This document shows positions 45,130-56,875 of a stretch of DNA of 64,000 bases, in pieces. Source of the stretch: Gammaproteobacteria bacterium (lineage in GTDB: Bacteria; Pseudomonadota; Gammaproteobacteria; Eutrophobiales; Eutrophobiaceae). The position numbers and the translations under genes are program-made. Numbering within the stretch: the stretch's first letter is position 1; every line of letters starts with the position of its first letter. The notes under the pieces were generated by a model, which worked only from the letters and a program-made list of their open reading frames with translations, searched no databases and was not told where the DNA came from. The DNA lies in contig OZ250183.1 of NCBI GenBank assembly GCA_965238225.1, positions 1,632,001-1,696,000 on the forward strand. Reading direction: 5' to 3'.

Positions 45130-48100
45130 TCACGCCAATTCTTTATGTAAGTCCTGCAAGGAATTAATCTTATTCATATCTTCATGTTTTAAAGCCAAGA
45201 TCGTCGCCATAGCCCCCGCCATCGTTGTAACATAGAAAATGTTGTGTTGCAAAGCTGTTCTGCGTATTGAATAAGAGTCTGCAATTGCTTGTTTATCCTC
45301 CGTGGTATTTACAATCATATCAATTTGATTATTTTTCAGCATATCAACAATATGTGGCTGGCCCTCTCTTACTTTATTCACGTCTTGACACTTGAGCCCC
45401 GCTTGCCTGATGAAGTTTGCGGTACCATGTGTTGCACATAAGGTAAAGCCTAATTCAACCAGTTCTTTAGCAACATCCGCAGCAACAGATTTATCTTCAT
45501 CGCGCACACTGATAAAAACCAGACCTGACTTCGGGATAAGCTCTCCTGCAGCCAGCTGTCCTTTAGCAAAAGCTTCTGCAAAAGTTCTACCTATACCCAT
45601 GACTTCGCCAGTTGATTTCATCTCAGGCCCCAATAAGGAATCAACACCTGGAAATTTTATAAATGGGAACACAGATTCTTTCACAGAAAAATAATTTGCT
45701 TTATTGACTTTGACAACTTTTTGCTCGGCAAGACTTTTTCCAACCATACAATTAACTGCAACTCTTGCCAATGATATGCCTGTTGCCTTGGAAACGAATG
45801 GCACTGTTCTTGAGGCACGGGGGTTTACTTCAAGAACGTAGATGTCATCACCTTGAATAGCAAACTGTACGTTCATCAAGCCAATAACATGGAGACCCTT
45901 AGCCAGCAGGCGCACCTGTTCTTCAAGTTGTTTTTGTATGTCTTCACTGAGACTATGCGGCGGTAAGGAACATGCCGAATCACCTGAGTGCACACCAGCT
46001 TGTTCTATGTGCTCCATAATACCGCCAATCAAGACTTCTTCTCCATCACAGACAGCATCAACATCAACTTCGATTGCATCATTTAGAAACTTGTCCAGCA
46101 GTACGGGTGATTCACGGGTAATCGAAAGTTGATCAGATATACTTATGTTGTCGTGTAGATTCTTAGCGACATTAGATAATTCATGGGTAGTCGAATCTGT
46201 AGCATTTTCTGTGTGATCTGTCTCAGATTGTGTAGGTGATTACGGGTATGGGTAGTCGAATCTGTAGCATTGTCTGTGTGATCTGTCTCAGATTGTGTAG
46301 ATGAGCTATAGATAACCGAAACTGCATTATATATGTAAGTCCTCAGATAAGTCCCCAGATCACTTTCGTTGTAGACAATCTCCATAGCCCTCCCACCCAA
46401 CACATGAGAAGGCCGAACAATGAGCGGATAACCAATTTCTTCAGCCAATTTAACAGCCTCTTCAGTTTCGCTTGCGGCACGGTTTGGCGGTTGTTTTAAA
46501 CCTAACTCTACCAATAATTTCTGAAAGCGTTCGCGATTCTCAGCCAAATCAATGGAATCTGGCAAAGTACCAATAATCTGAGCACCGGCAGCTTCCAGTG
46601 CGCGTGCCAACTTTAATGGTGTCTGTCCGCCATATTGAACGACAATGTCACAGGGCTTTTCAATGTTAATAATCTCCAGAACATCTTCCAAGGTCAATGG
46701 CTCAAAATAAAGACGATCAGAAATATCATAATCTGTCGAGACTGTTTCTGGATTACAATTCACCATAATCGTTTCATAACCTGCTTCACGCATAGCCAGT
46801 ACTGCCTGAACACAACAATAGTCAAACTCTATCCCTTGTCCGATACGATTAGGCCCTCCACCCAGTACTATAATTTTCTGAAGAGAGCTCGGCTTGGCTT
46901 CGCATTCTCCCTGAGAGGTGGAATTCATCTCATAGGTGGAATACATATAGGCAGTTGTTGCTGTAAATTCAGCTGCGCAAGAATCAACGCGTTTAAACAC
47001 AGGACGAATATTCTTGTCGTATCTAAGACTTCGGACTGCCTCTTCTATCATACCGCACAATGTTGCTAAACGCCTGTCCGAAAAACCTTTGCGTTTGAGT
47101 GCGTATAGGCGCTTTGGTGTTAATGATTTTTTACCCTGCTGTTTTATTATTTTCTCTTCTTCGACAAGATCCTGAATCTGCGCCAAGAACCAGACATCAA
47201 TCTTGCAGCATTGATGAATATCTTCAATGCTCATACCCCGGCGAAAGGCATCGGCGACAAACAACAGACGTTCTCCTCTGGGCCGGCGCATTTCTGCTTG
47301 CACAGGTTCTTTTAAACACAAGTGCTGCATCTTTATTAGCATTATTGATTTCAGGTTCTTTTAAACCATCCAGACCTGTCTCAAGGCTACGCAATGCCTT
47401 CTGCAATGATTCCTGAAATGTTCTGCCAATCGCCATCACTTCGCCGATAGATTTCATTTGTGTCGTCAGTCTGTCATCAGCCTTTGGAAATCTTTCAAAA
47501 GTGAACCTAGGTATCTTAGTCACTACATAATCAATCGCAGGCTCAAAGGATATAGGCGTTGCGCCGCCCGTTATTTCATTATCCAGCTCATCCAACGTAT
47601 AGCCGACAGCTAATTTTGTAGCGACTCTGGCTATTGGAAAACCCGTTGCCTTGGATGCCAATGCTGAAGAACGGGAAACACGTGGGTTCATTTCAATAAC
47701 TATTAATTCGCCATTATCAGGATCTACAGCAAACTGAACATTAGAGCCGCCAGTCTCGACACCTATCTCACGCAGCACTGCAATTGATGCATCACGCATG
47801 ATCTGGTATTCCTTGTCTGTTAGCGTTTGTGCTGGCGCAACAGTAATAGAATCTCCTGTATGCACCCCCATGGGGTCAAGGTTTTCAATAGAACAAATGA
47901 TGATGCAGTTATCTTTGCGATCGCGCACCACTTCCATCTCAAATTCTTTCCAGCCAAGCACAGACTGCTCAATTAAAACTTCTGATGTTGGGGATGCATC
48001 AAGTCCGTATTCACATATTTCCACAAATTCTTCACGATTATATGCAATACCACCGCCTGTTCCTCCCAGAGTAAATGAAGGACGAATAATGGTTGGAAAA

Positions 48101-48588
48101 CCAATTTTTTCTTGGGCGATTTTTGCCTGTTTCGTATTATGAACGACAAATGATTTTGGTGTGGATAAGCCAATCCTGACCATCGCATCTTTAAACAACT
48201 GACGATCTTCTGCTTTGTCTATGGCATCTACAGAAGCACCAATAAGTTCAACATTGTATTGTTCCAATACACCTTTGCGATTTAAATCCAGCGCACAATT
48301 AAGTGCTGTCTGCCCGCCCATAGTCGGCAATATTGCGTCTGGCCGTTCTTTTTCGATAATTTTTTCCACAACTTGCCAATCAACAGGTTCGATATAAGTC
48401 GCATCTGCCATATTCGGATCAGTCATAATCGTCGCTGGGTTTGAATTCACCAATATGACGCGATAGCCCTCTTCCCGTAACGCCTTGCAGGCTTGGGTTC
48501 CGGAATAATCAAACTCGCATGCCTGCCCAATAATGATAGGACCGGCACCAATGATTAAAATACTTTCTATGTCTGCACGTTTTGGCAT
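45130..48588 (-). pseudogene. carB: Carbamoyl-phosphate synthase large subunit, split by two frameshifts (may be intact in vivo)
   Basis: Three consecutive ORFs (47224-48588, 46143-47342, 45130-46032) cover all of CarB, from MPKRADI...[10 protein letters not shown] to the MGS domain. Breaks at ~47300-47316 and ~46240. Confidence 0.92.
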
Positions 48589-48597
48589 AGGATTTAC

Positions 48598-49707
48598 TTA
48601 TCTAGCTCGCATCAATTCAATGAAGTGTTCAAATAAAGGACGCATATCATGTGGCCCTGGGCTCGCCTCAGGATGCCCTTGGAAACCAAATGCGGGCAAT
48701 TCATTGTGGTGTATCCCCTGGAGAGAACCATCAAATAAGGAACGATGTGTCGCGCGCAAGGATTTTGGCAGGCTTTTTTCATCTACAGCAAAGCCGTGGT
48801 TTTGGCTTGATATCATGACACGCTCGGTTTCTAAACATTGCACTGGATGATTAGCACCATGATGTCCAAATTTCATTTTGACGGTTTTTGCGCCCATGGC
48901 CAAAGCCAATAATTGATGACCCAGGCAAATACCGAATACAGGTATTTTACTCGCCACAAGTCCGCTAATCGCGGAGATAGCATAATCGCAAGGCTCAGGG
49001 TCGCCTGGTCCATTGGATAAGAAAATACCATCAGGTTTTTGTGCCAATACCTCACTTGCAGCTGTTTGTGCTGGAACAACGGTTAATTTGCAACCAGATT
49101 CAGCCAATATTTTTAATATATTGCGCTTAATGCCAAAGTCGTAGGCAGTAACCCGCAAAGGCGTGTCGTTTGATGGTGTGTTAGAACATGTGTCTTGCGG
49201 CCATCTATAACGTTTCTTAGTTGAGACAACTTTAGCCAAGTCTACGCCCAACAGACCGGGGAATTCCTTCGCTGCACGAATAGCTTTTTGCTCATTTATT
49301 CCTCCTGCGACGATGCAGCCTTTTTGTACACCCTTATTACATAGAATGCGTGTCAGGCGACGTGTATCAATATTTGCAATCGCAATGACTTTATTCTTTT
49401 CCAAATAAATATCTAAAGGTTTGCTAGAACGCCAGCTACTTGCCATGAAAGGTAGGTCACGAATTACAAGCCCACTGGCAAAGATTTTACTGGATTCTGC
49501 ATCTTCAGCATTAGTACCAACATTGCCAATGTGCGGTTGAGTCAGCGCAATAATTTGCTCGCAATAGGAAGGATCGCTTAGAATTTCCTGATAGCCAGTC
49601 ATTGCAGTATTGAAAACGACTTCACCAACGGTTTGCCCGTCAATACCAATAGATTTGCCATAGAAAAGACTGCCATCTTCTAACGCCAACAACGCCGTAT
49701 AATCCAA
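48598..49707 (-). CDS. carA: Carbamoyl-phosphate synthase small subunit
   Basis: [42 protein letters not shown] at 49707 follows GAGG. Confidence 0.96.
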   Translation of the reverse strand: MDYTALLALEDGSLFYGKSIGIDGQTVGEVVFNTAMTGYQEILSDPSYCEQIIALTQPHIGNVGTNAEDAESSKIFASGLVIRDLPFMASSWRSSKPLDIYLEKNKVIAIANIDTRRLTRILCNKGVQKGCIVAGGINEQKAIRAAKEFPGLLGVDLAKVVSTKKRYRWPQDTCSNTPSNDTPLRVTAYDFGIKRNILKILAESGCKLTVVPAQTAASEVLAQKPDGIFLSNGPGDPEPCDYAISAISGLVASKIPVFGICLGHQLLALAMGAKTVKMKFGHHGANHPVQCLETERVMISSQNHGFAVDEKSLPKSLRATHRSLFDGSLQGIHHNELPAFGFQGHPEASPGPHDMRPLFEHFIELMRAR

Positions 49708-50194
49708 AAAAATTCCTCTAGACACAATAATAAAAAGGGCAATCATAAAAAGAGTAACTGGAGGGCTTACTCCCAGCGATTAAGACGCGTGGATTCTACT
49801 TGAAACTACCCTATTTTGTCTATCTTGGATTCGATAATGTAAGTGCAATGTAAGTTATATAGCGAGTAAATCAACCCAAGAAATGCCAACCTGATTAAGT
49901 AATTTCTTAATGTATGACGAGACCAAATTAGTTTGGTTATTAATGTGCATGCTGACTCATTACCATCTGTTTTAATTAATTCCAATGGTGTAGGTAGCAG
50001 GAGTCGAATCCGTGTCCGCAAGCACTCTACTTTGGCTCTGCATGTTTATTCTATCTATTAATTTAGTCCTAATATTACCCGACAAACAGAGAAAATACAG
50101 AGCGAGTTCGGATAGGTTTTAACGAATCCACACCCAAGTATTTACTGTAAACGGTAACTGAGGAAACACTTAGGCTGGCATTCCGCTTGCAGGT

Positions 50195-51027
50195 TCATTT
50201 TAAATGTGTGTTCAGGGTAATAAACTCGCATTGTGCCTGCGTATTTAGCCTGATTGGTAGTATACTTGTCCCTACCCCGCCGTAACAAACACCTGTCGAT
50301 CAGCATCTTGATATAAACCGCAATGTGATTCCTTCGGAGCATCAGTTGGCACCCAAAGCGATCCGATAAATGGCAAGCTAATTTGACCACAGTGCGTGTG
50401 TCCCGCCAGCACTAATCCCGTAACACGCGGATCAAATGCCGCTGCAGGATCATGTGTTAAACTAAGTCTCTTGCTATTTATACAGCTCTCTGGGAAACCA
50501 ACATAAGAAAATTGTTCAGAATAGTGGTCGCCTAATCCACGCACACATAGATCTAAAGATTTAACTTTTACCACAGTGTTTTCCAAGACAGTTATTCCAG
50601 CATGGGTAAGCGATGTATGCCACTTTGCAGAGGATGTCCAGTTGTCATGATTACCTAAAACTGCAATAGTAGGTATGCCATTTGTGGCTGCCATAGCTTT
50701 AGCAATGACTGGCTGATGTTGATCAATATTATAAGCATCAGGGTTCTTAATATAATCGCCACCGAACAAAATGACATCAGACCTCGCAGCAACGACTGTT
50801 GCCATAACACCCTTGAGGTTTAGCAGTGCCTCCGGGCTGCTATCAATATGAAGATCGCTTAGAAAAGCGATTTGTATTGAGCCACCATAATTTTGCAAGG
50901 TCTTATTGTTCCCTGATAGATGTAAAGTAGTTCTATTCACTTGGACGTTGGAAGTAACATCCATCATCAGCCAAAAGCTAACGCTTATAAGTGTAAGGAT
51001 AATTAAAGAGGGTTTTACAGTTTTCAT
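50195..51027 (-). CDS. Calcineurin-like metallophosphoesterase (YkuE/YaeI type), with a frameshift near the 3' end
   Basis: SDLH, GGDY, GNHD, THDP, GHTHCGQ. After VTAG a 1-nt loss in a G run at ~50275 hides the expected VGTSILPIRLNTQAQCEFITL tail, which ends at 50195. Confidence 0.85.
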
Positions 51028-51154
51028 AGAAAATTCTTGTATAGAAATCCCCTGATGAATTTAATTACCCAGTGTAGAGTATTATCACCTTGGTGCATCA
51101 ATATTAAAAATTCAAATGAGGAACAGTAAACTTAGTTTACTGTGTTAGTGTAAT

Positions 51155-51724
51155 TTACTTTGTTAAATCTTGTGTGTAGATGTAAATACCTTCATCGTCT
51201 TTTAGCAGACCAAAAAAATTCTGATATGGGAATAACTGCCTATCCAATATAATCACATAAAAAATCAGCACAAATTCGACTCCCATTACTATCAAAACCC
51301 CTAAACCTGTAAAATATTCTGCAAGATAAACTGCAGATTTAAGCATAATAATGAGAAGTATTGCCGAGAGATTATCGTATATATCAGCCTGTTCTTTGTA
51401 CATCAAGTAAACAATGTAGCCAATAAGTGGTAGCCAAAAAATTAATTCTATGGCGATGACAGAAGGCGTAGGATCAGGGCTAGCCGAACAGGCTGCTATC
51501 AAAAGAAGTGTCAGGCAAAAAAATACTAACGCTAAAAGGATCCAAAGCAGAATTTTACTTGCTATATTATATTTTTCTGCCAAATGTCGGTCGGGTCGCC
51601 TAGCCAGATATGCCGAAACCTCTTGCTTATCTAAACCAGCTTCAATAGCTCTATTAAATATTTCGCGTTTTTCTACACCCTCTTTAAAGAGGGATTTTAC
51701 GATTTTCATAGAAAATTTTTCCAT
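51155..51724 (-). CDS. Hypothetical ~4-TM membrane protein, paralog 1
   Basis: 189 aa, clearly paralogous to 51820-52413 (YLAxxPDRHLAE, IYDNLSAI, LFPYQN, GIYIYTQ). Confidence 0.8.
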   Translation of the reverse strand: MEKFSMKIVKSLFKEGVEKREIFNRAIEAGLDKQEVSAYLARRPDRHLAEKYNIASKILLWILLALVFFCLTLLLIAACSASPDPTPSVIAIELIFWLPLIGYIVYLMYKEQADIYDNLSAILLIIMLKSAVYLAEYFTGLGVLIVMGVEFVLIFYVIILDRQLFPYQNFFGLLKDDEGIYIYTQDLTK

Positions 51725-51819
51725 AAGAAACTCCTTTAGTGAATTGAATATCTAATGTAGAGCATTATTGCCTTGATGCATTAATATTAAAAATTGAAGT
51801 CAGAAATAATCAATGTAGT

Positions 51820-52413
51820 TTACTGTGTTTTAGCACGCGCCCCTGTTGAAGCCTGTGTGTAGATGTATATGCCATCATCGGTTTTTCGCCGACCAAATTT
51901 TCGCCGACCAACTAAATTCTGATATGGAAATAATTTCTTCCTCAATGCAAGCATATACATAATAAACGTGAATTCGATTCCCATTACCACCACAACCCCT
52001 AAACCTGTAAAATACTCTGTAAGATAAACTGAGGATTTAAGCATAACCATTAGAAATATTGCTGAGAGATTATCGTATATATAAGCTTCTTTTTTGTATA
52101 CTAGGTAAATGCTGTACCCAATAATTGGTATCCAAAAAATCAATTCTGTGATTAAAGTAACACGCGAGAGAGTAGGGTTAAACGAAAGCACTGCTAGACC
52201 AAGAAATACTAGTACTGAAAGAATCCAGATCAAAATCTTACTTATTTTGTTGTATCTTTCCGCCAAATGTCGGTCGGGCTGCCCAGCCAAATATCTCGAA
52301 ACCTCTATCCTATCTAAACCAGCTTCAACAGCTCTGCCAAATATTTCATGTTTTCCCACGCCCTCTTTAAAGAGAAATTTTACAGTTTTCATAGAAAATT
52401 CTTCCATAGACAC
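51820..52413 (-). CDS. Hypothetical ~4-TM membrane protein, paralog 2
   Basis: 197 aa tandem paralog. The ATG at 52407 is a more likely start. Confidence 0.8.
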   Translation of the reverse strand: MSMEEFSMKTVKFLFKEGVGKHEIFGRAVEAGLDRIEVSRYLAGQPDRHLAERYNKISKILIWILSVLVFLGLAVLSFNPTLSRVTLITELIFWIPIIGYSIYLVYKKEAYIYDNLSAIFLMVMLKSSVYLTEYFTGLGVVVVMGIEFTFIMYMLALRKKLFPYQNLVGRRKFGRRKTDDGIYIYTQASTGARAKTQ

Positions 52414-52658
52414 TCCTCAATGAATTTAATATCTGGTATAAGGTACTATTGCCTTACTGCATTATATTAGAAATTATTGACGTATACCTCATTTAACGAG
52501 CACGCAACGAAAACTTCCACATTTAGGAAACATTTCACCTTCTGAGTTTAAAAAAACAGACCATATAGCTCATGTCCGTTTTATGGGATACAGATTACCA
52601 TATTAAAATTAATTCTTTTATCTATAATAATATAGTCAATATAACTGCAAGAAAAATA

Positions 52659-53789
52659 TTGGAAACCACAATAAAATTAGCCAAAGACTTAATAAGCAGG
52701 CGTTCTCTGACTCCTGAAGATAATGGCTGTCAGCTTATGTTGGCCAATAGGCTGGAGACCATAGGCTTCAAGGCAACACATTTACGCTATGAAGATGTCG
52801 ATAATCTCTGGATTACGCATGGGGGTGGCGATCCCGTCTTTGCCTTTGTCGGTCACACCGATGTCGTCCCTACAGGCTCTCTGAATCAATGGGTGTCAGA
52901 TCCTTTTGTGCCAGAAGTTAGGGATGGCATACTGTATGGTCGCGGTGCTGCTGATATGAAAGGTGGTATTGCTGCATTTATGACTGCGGTTGAAAGATTC
53001 ATTACCGAAACCCCAGAACATCAAGGCACTGTCGCCCTATTAATTACCAGTGATGAGGAAGGGGCTGCTATTTGTGGCACACGCAAAGTCGTTGAGTATC
53101 TGGAAGAAAATAACATCAAGATTAGATGGTGTCTGGTAGGCGAACCTTCCAGTGAAAAAAAAGTAGGTGATGTGGTAAAAAACGGTCGTCGAGGTTCGCT
53201 GGGAGGAAAATTAATTGTACGTGGGATTCAAGGTCATATTGCCTATCCCCATCTGGCGGAAAACCCTATTCATAAATTAAGTCCGGCTTTAAATGAACTT
53301 TGCGTTAAGGTTTGGGATAAAGGTGATGAATTTTATCCACCCACTTCTTTTCAGGTATCAAATATTCATTCCGGAACTGGTGCAGATAATGTCATTCCAG
53401 GAGAAATAGAAGTGCTATTTAATTATCGTTTTTGCACGACAATAACCGAACAAGAACTGAAAATAGAGACACAAGCAATTCTTGATAAATATAACCTCGA
53501 CTATGAGTTAAACTGGAAACTTTCTGGTAATCCGTTCCTCACCACCGGAGGTGATTTAATCGATGCCGTCAAGCAATCCGTCAGGGATGTCGTGGGGTTA
53601 GAGGTCAAACTTTCCACCAGCGGCGGTACTTCAGATGGTCGCTTCCTCGCGCCTACAGGAGCTGAGGTTGTGGAACTTGGTTCAATTAATGAAACCATAC
53701 ATAAATTGAATGAATGTGTCAGTATAGATGACTTAAATTTACTTGCAAAAATGTATGAAAATATTCTGAATATTCTACTTAAGCAATAA
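52659..53789 (+). CDS. dapE: Succinyl-diaminopimelate desuccinylase
   Basis: GHTDVVP, GRGAADMKG, TSDEEG, GEPSS, GHIAYPH, GGTSDGRF, IHK. Start likely TTG at 52659. Confidence 0.95.
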   Translation: METTIKLAKDLISRRSLTPEDNGCQLMLANRLETIGFKATHLRYEDVDNLWITHGGGDPVFAFVGHTDVVPTGSLNQWVSDPFVPEVRDGILYGRGAADMKGGIAAFMTAVERFITETPEHQGTVALLITSDEEGAAICGTRKVVEYLEENNIKIRWCLVGEPSSEKKVGDVVKNGRRGSLGGKLIVRGIQGHIAYPHLAENPIHKLSPALNELCVKVWDKGDEFYPPTSFQVSNIHSGTGADNVIPGEIEVLFNYRFCTTITEQELKIETQAILDKYNLDYELNWKLSGNPFLTTGGDLIDAVKQSVRDVVGLEVKLSTSGGTSDGRFLAPTGAEVVELGSINETIHKLNECVSIDDLNLLAKMYENILNILLKQ

Positions 53790-53892
53790 GTCAGCCTGGC
53801 TTTAACTGTTTAAATTCCAGAGACCTACATTTCTAAGCAGCTTGGATATAGACTTATAGTTAGGCATTATCCAAGGTGTTAACGGAGGAATT

Positions 53893-55410
53893 ATGACCAC
53901 CATTAAACAACAAGATCTCATCGACAGCGTTGCCGATGCATTGCAGTTTATTTCTTTTTACCATCCAGTTGATTTTATCCAAGCGGTACACGAGGCTTAT
54001 AAGAAAGAAGAATCAAAAGCTGCTAAAGATGCCATGGCACAGATCCTAATCAATTCTCGCATGTGTGCACAAGGACACCGACCCATCTGCCAAGATACTG
54101 GGATTGTAAACGTATTTATCAAGGTCGGGATGGGCGTTCAATGGGATACAGAAATGGGTTTAGCAGATATAATTAATGAAGGTGTACGGCGTGCCTATAA
54201 TCATCCTGATAATGTCTTACGTGCTTCCATCCTGTCTGACCCTGCTGGCGCTAGAAAAAATACAGGCGATAACACGCCTGCTGTGATTCATACAGAAATC
54301 GTCAAAGGTGATACGGTAGACGTACAAGTAGCTGCCAAGGGTGGTGGTTCAGAGGCAAAATCCAAGTTCGTCATGTTAAACCCGTCAGACGATATCGCAG
54401 ATTGGGTAGTTAAAACGGTGCCGACTATGGGTGCAGGCTGGTGCCCCCCTGGCATGCTGGGAATTGGCATTGGCGGCACCGCCGAAAAAGCCATGTTGCT
54501 TGCTAAGGAATCATTGATGCAGCCTATTGATATCCATAAACTCAAGGCGCATGGCGCGCAAAACCGAGTCGAGGAATTGCGCCTAGAAATCTTTGATGCT
54601 GTCAATGAGCTTGGCATAGGTGCGCAAGGTTTAGGTGGATTAACTACAGTGCTTGATGTCAAGATTATGGACTATCCGACCCATGCTGCAAACAAGCCCG
54701 TGGCCATGATTCCAAACTGCGCTGCGACCCGTCACGCACATTTTGTTTTGAATGGTTCAGGGCCTTCATTACAAACGCCGCCAAGTCTGGATAATTGGCC
54801 TGATATAGTATGGGATATAGCGCCGTCCGCAAAGCGAGTGAATCTAGACACCATCACCCGCGATGAAATCAGCACTTGGCAACTAGGAGAGACTCTATTG
54901 TTGTCTGGCAAGATGTTAACTGGAAGAGACGCTGCACATAAGCGTATTCAGGATATTCTACACAAAAAAGAAACCCTTCCTAGTGGTGTCGATTTTACAG
55001 ATCGTTTTATATATTACGTCGGCCCGGTTTCCCCTGTTCGTAAAGAGGTCGTAGGTCCCGCTGGACCAACGACTGCCACACGCATGGATAAATTCACCGA
55101 GATGATGCTGGATAAAACTGGACTTATAGGCATGATTGGTAAGGCAGAACGAGGACTTTCCGGCATCGAAGCCATTAAAAAACATAAAGCCGTTTATTTA
55201 ATGGCCGTCGGTGGCGCTGCTTACCTTGTATCGAAAGCAATTGTTAATGCAAAAGTCATTGCTTTTCCAGAATTAGGCATGGAAGCAATCCATGAATTCG
55301 AAGTTAAGGATATGCCCGTAACAGTTGCTGTTGATACTGATGGAAACGCTGTTCATCAAACTGGCCCACAGGAATGGAAAAAAATTATATTACAAAGAAA
55401 ATCGGTCTAA
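53893..55410 (+). CDS. Class I (Fe-S) fumarate hydratase
   Basis: RPICQDTG, KGGGSE, GWCPPG, GRDAAH, GPTTATRM. Confidence 0.95.
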   Translation: MTTIKQQDLIDSVADALQFISFYHPVDFIQAVHEAYKKEESKAAKDAMAQILINSRMCAQGHRPICQDTGIVNVFIKVGMGVQWDTEMGLADIINEGVRRAYNHPDNVLRASILSDPAGARKNTGDNTPAVIHTEIVKGDTVDVQVAAKGGGSEAKSKFVMLNPSDDIADWVVKTVPTMGAGWCPPGMLGIGIGGTAEKAMLLAKESLMQPIDIHKLKAHGAQNRVEELRLEIFDAVNELGIGAQGLGGLTTVLDVKIMDYPTHAANKPVAMIPNCAATRHAHFVLNGSGPSLQTPPSLDNWPDIVWDIAPSAKRVNLDTITRDEISTWQLGETLLLSGKMLTGRDAAHKRIQDILHKKETLPSGVDFTDRFIYYVGPVSPVRKEVVGPAGPTTATRMDKFTEMMLDKTGLIGMIGKAERGLSGIEAIKKHKAVYLMAVGGAAYLVSKAIVNAKVIAFPELGMEAIHEFEVKDMPVTVAVDTDGNAVHQTGPQEWKKIILQRKSV

Positions 55411-55420
55411 AAACATAGAA

Positions 55421-56386
55421 TTAAAAATGACGATACGAACTCCCCGAGGGTTCAAAAAAAGCACCTTCATGATCTTTTAACCGCAACCCATCTTCCGCTT
55501 TAATCCTGCCAATACAGCTCACTGGAATATTTATTTCCTCAAAGAGGCTGATAATAAGATCATGTTTGGCAGCTTTTGCCGTAAAACATAATTTATAATC
55601 ATCTCCAGAAATCAGTGCATAATTCCAAGCAGTTTTTTCATCTAAGCATTGCTGCATTGCTTGTGACAATGGTATTCTTTTAATTTCAATTTCTGCGCCA
55701 ACGTAACTAGAGTCTAGTATATGTCCAAGGTCAGCAATTAAACCATCTGATATATCAATTGCACTACTCGCAATCTTTCTTAAACGAAGTCCTGCCTCGA
55801 TACTTATCTCTGGCCTGTTAAGGCTATTAAGAAAAAAATCTTTATATTTATTATCAATCGATAATTTACCTTGAACAATATCCAGACCAACACCAGCATC
55901 ACCCAAAAAACCTGTGACATAAATCAAATCACCTTGCTTTGCACCATCACGTTTAAGCGCAGTATCTATCGGAACCAATCCTTGTATCTGTAATGTGATA
56001 GAGAAAGCGCCCCTACTCATATCGCCACCAATAAGACTGACGCAATGCTGACTGGCAAGCTCAAAAAAACCAGACGCAAATTCTTTCAACCATGTTTCAT
56101 CGTTTTCAGGAAGACTAACAGACAGTAAAACCCATTTTGGCAGTGCGCCCATGGCTGCCATATCGCTGAGATTAACGGCTAATGCTTTGTAGCCCACATC
56201 ATAAGGGCTTGTCTTCTTAGGAAAATGTGTGCCCTCAACCAAAGTATCCATTGAAAGTACAATATCCATGCCTTGAGGGACTTCAATGATAGCTGCATCG
56301 TCACCAATACCATATTTAACAGACGGATCTTCGCTTGAAAGATTTTGGAAATATCTTTTGATTAGCTCAAATTCTGACGCAGCCAT
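55421..56386 (-). CDS. thiL: Thiamine-monophosphate kinase
   Basis: EFELI, GIGDDAA, AVNLSDMAAMGA, AIDISDGL, GDDY. Confidence 0.96.
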   Translation of the reverse strand: MAASEFELIKRYFQNLSSEDPSVKYGIGDDAAIIEVPQGMDIVLSMDTLVEGTHFPKKTSPYDVGYKALAVNLSDMAAMGALPKWVLLSVSLPENDETWLKEFASGFFELASQHCVSLIGGDMSRGAFSITLQIQGLVPIDTALKRDGAKQGDLIYVTGFLGDAGVGLDIVQGKLSIDNKYKDFFLNSLNRPEISIEAGLRLRKIASSAIDISDGLIADLGHILDSSYVGAEIEIKRIPLSQAMQQCLDEKTAWNYALISGDDYKLCFTAKAAKHDLIISLFEEINIPVSCIGRIKAEDGLRLKDHEGAFFEPSGSSYRHF

Positions 56387-56413
56387 TCATCAAAAACCAT
56401 GAATTAATAAACA

Positions 56414-56875
56414 TTATTTGTTCTTAGCTTTTCTGATTTCTTGTGCCACCTTATCAAGAATACCATTAATATATTTATACGATTGTTCTGCGCCAAACAT
56501 TTTAGCCAAATCAATCGCCTCATTTAATACCACTTTATACGGAAGTTCTGTATGAAATTTCAGTTCATAGATACCGGTTCGTAATATTGCTTTTTCAACA
56601 GGATCTAAATCATCTAATGCTCTATCTAATAAAGGAATTAATTGCTTGTCCAGATTTTCACATTCTGTCGTTACACCATTCACAATTTCTCTAAAATAAC
56701 CCGTATCTGCTTTTTTTAATTCGGTACGTTCATTGATAAATTCATTAATTACATCCTCTACAGAAATCTCTGACATTGACCATTGATACAATGCCTGTAT
56801 TGCTGAACGACGTGCACGTGTGTATTTGCGTTTGGAAAAAGATTTCTTTGCGGGCGCTTCTTTGTTTGTTACCAC
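56414..56875 (-). CDS. nusB: Transcription antitermination factor NusB
   Basis: RARRSAIQALYQW, VVLNEAIDLAK, INGILD. Confidence 0.96.
   Translation of the reverse strand: MVTNKEAPAKKSFSKRKYTRARRSAIQALYQWSMSEISVEDVINEFINERTELKKADTGYFREIVNGVTTECENLDKQLIPLLDRALDDLDPVEKAILRTGIYELKFHTELPYKVVLNEAIDLAKMFGAEQSYKYINGILDKVAQEIRKAKNK

Noticed and set aside
46115-46320. CarB insertion as an intein or intron
   Set aside because: No Cys/Ser start with His-Asn end, too short, and built from local repeats.
49806-50021. 71-aa ORF upstream of carA
   Set aside because: No motif or clear RBS. Probably spurious or decayed DNA.
50265-50285. Premature stop in the metallophosphoesterase
   Set aside because: One missing base in a G run. 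It cannot be told from sequencing error, so it is not called a true pseudogene.
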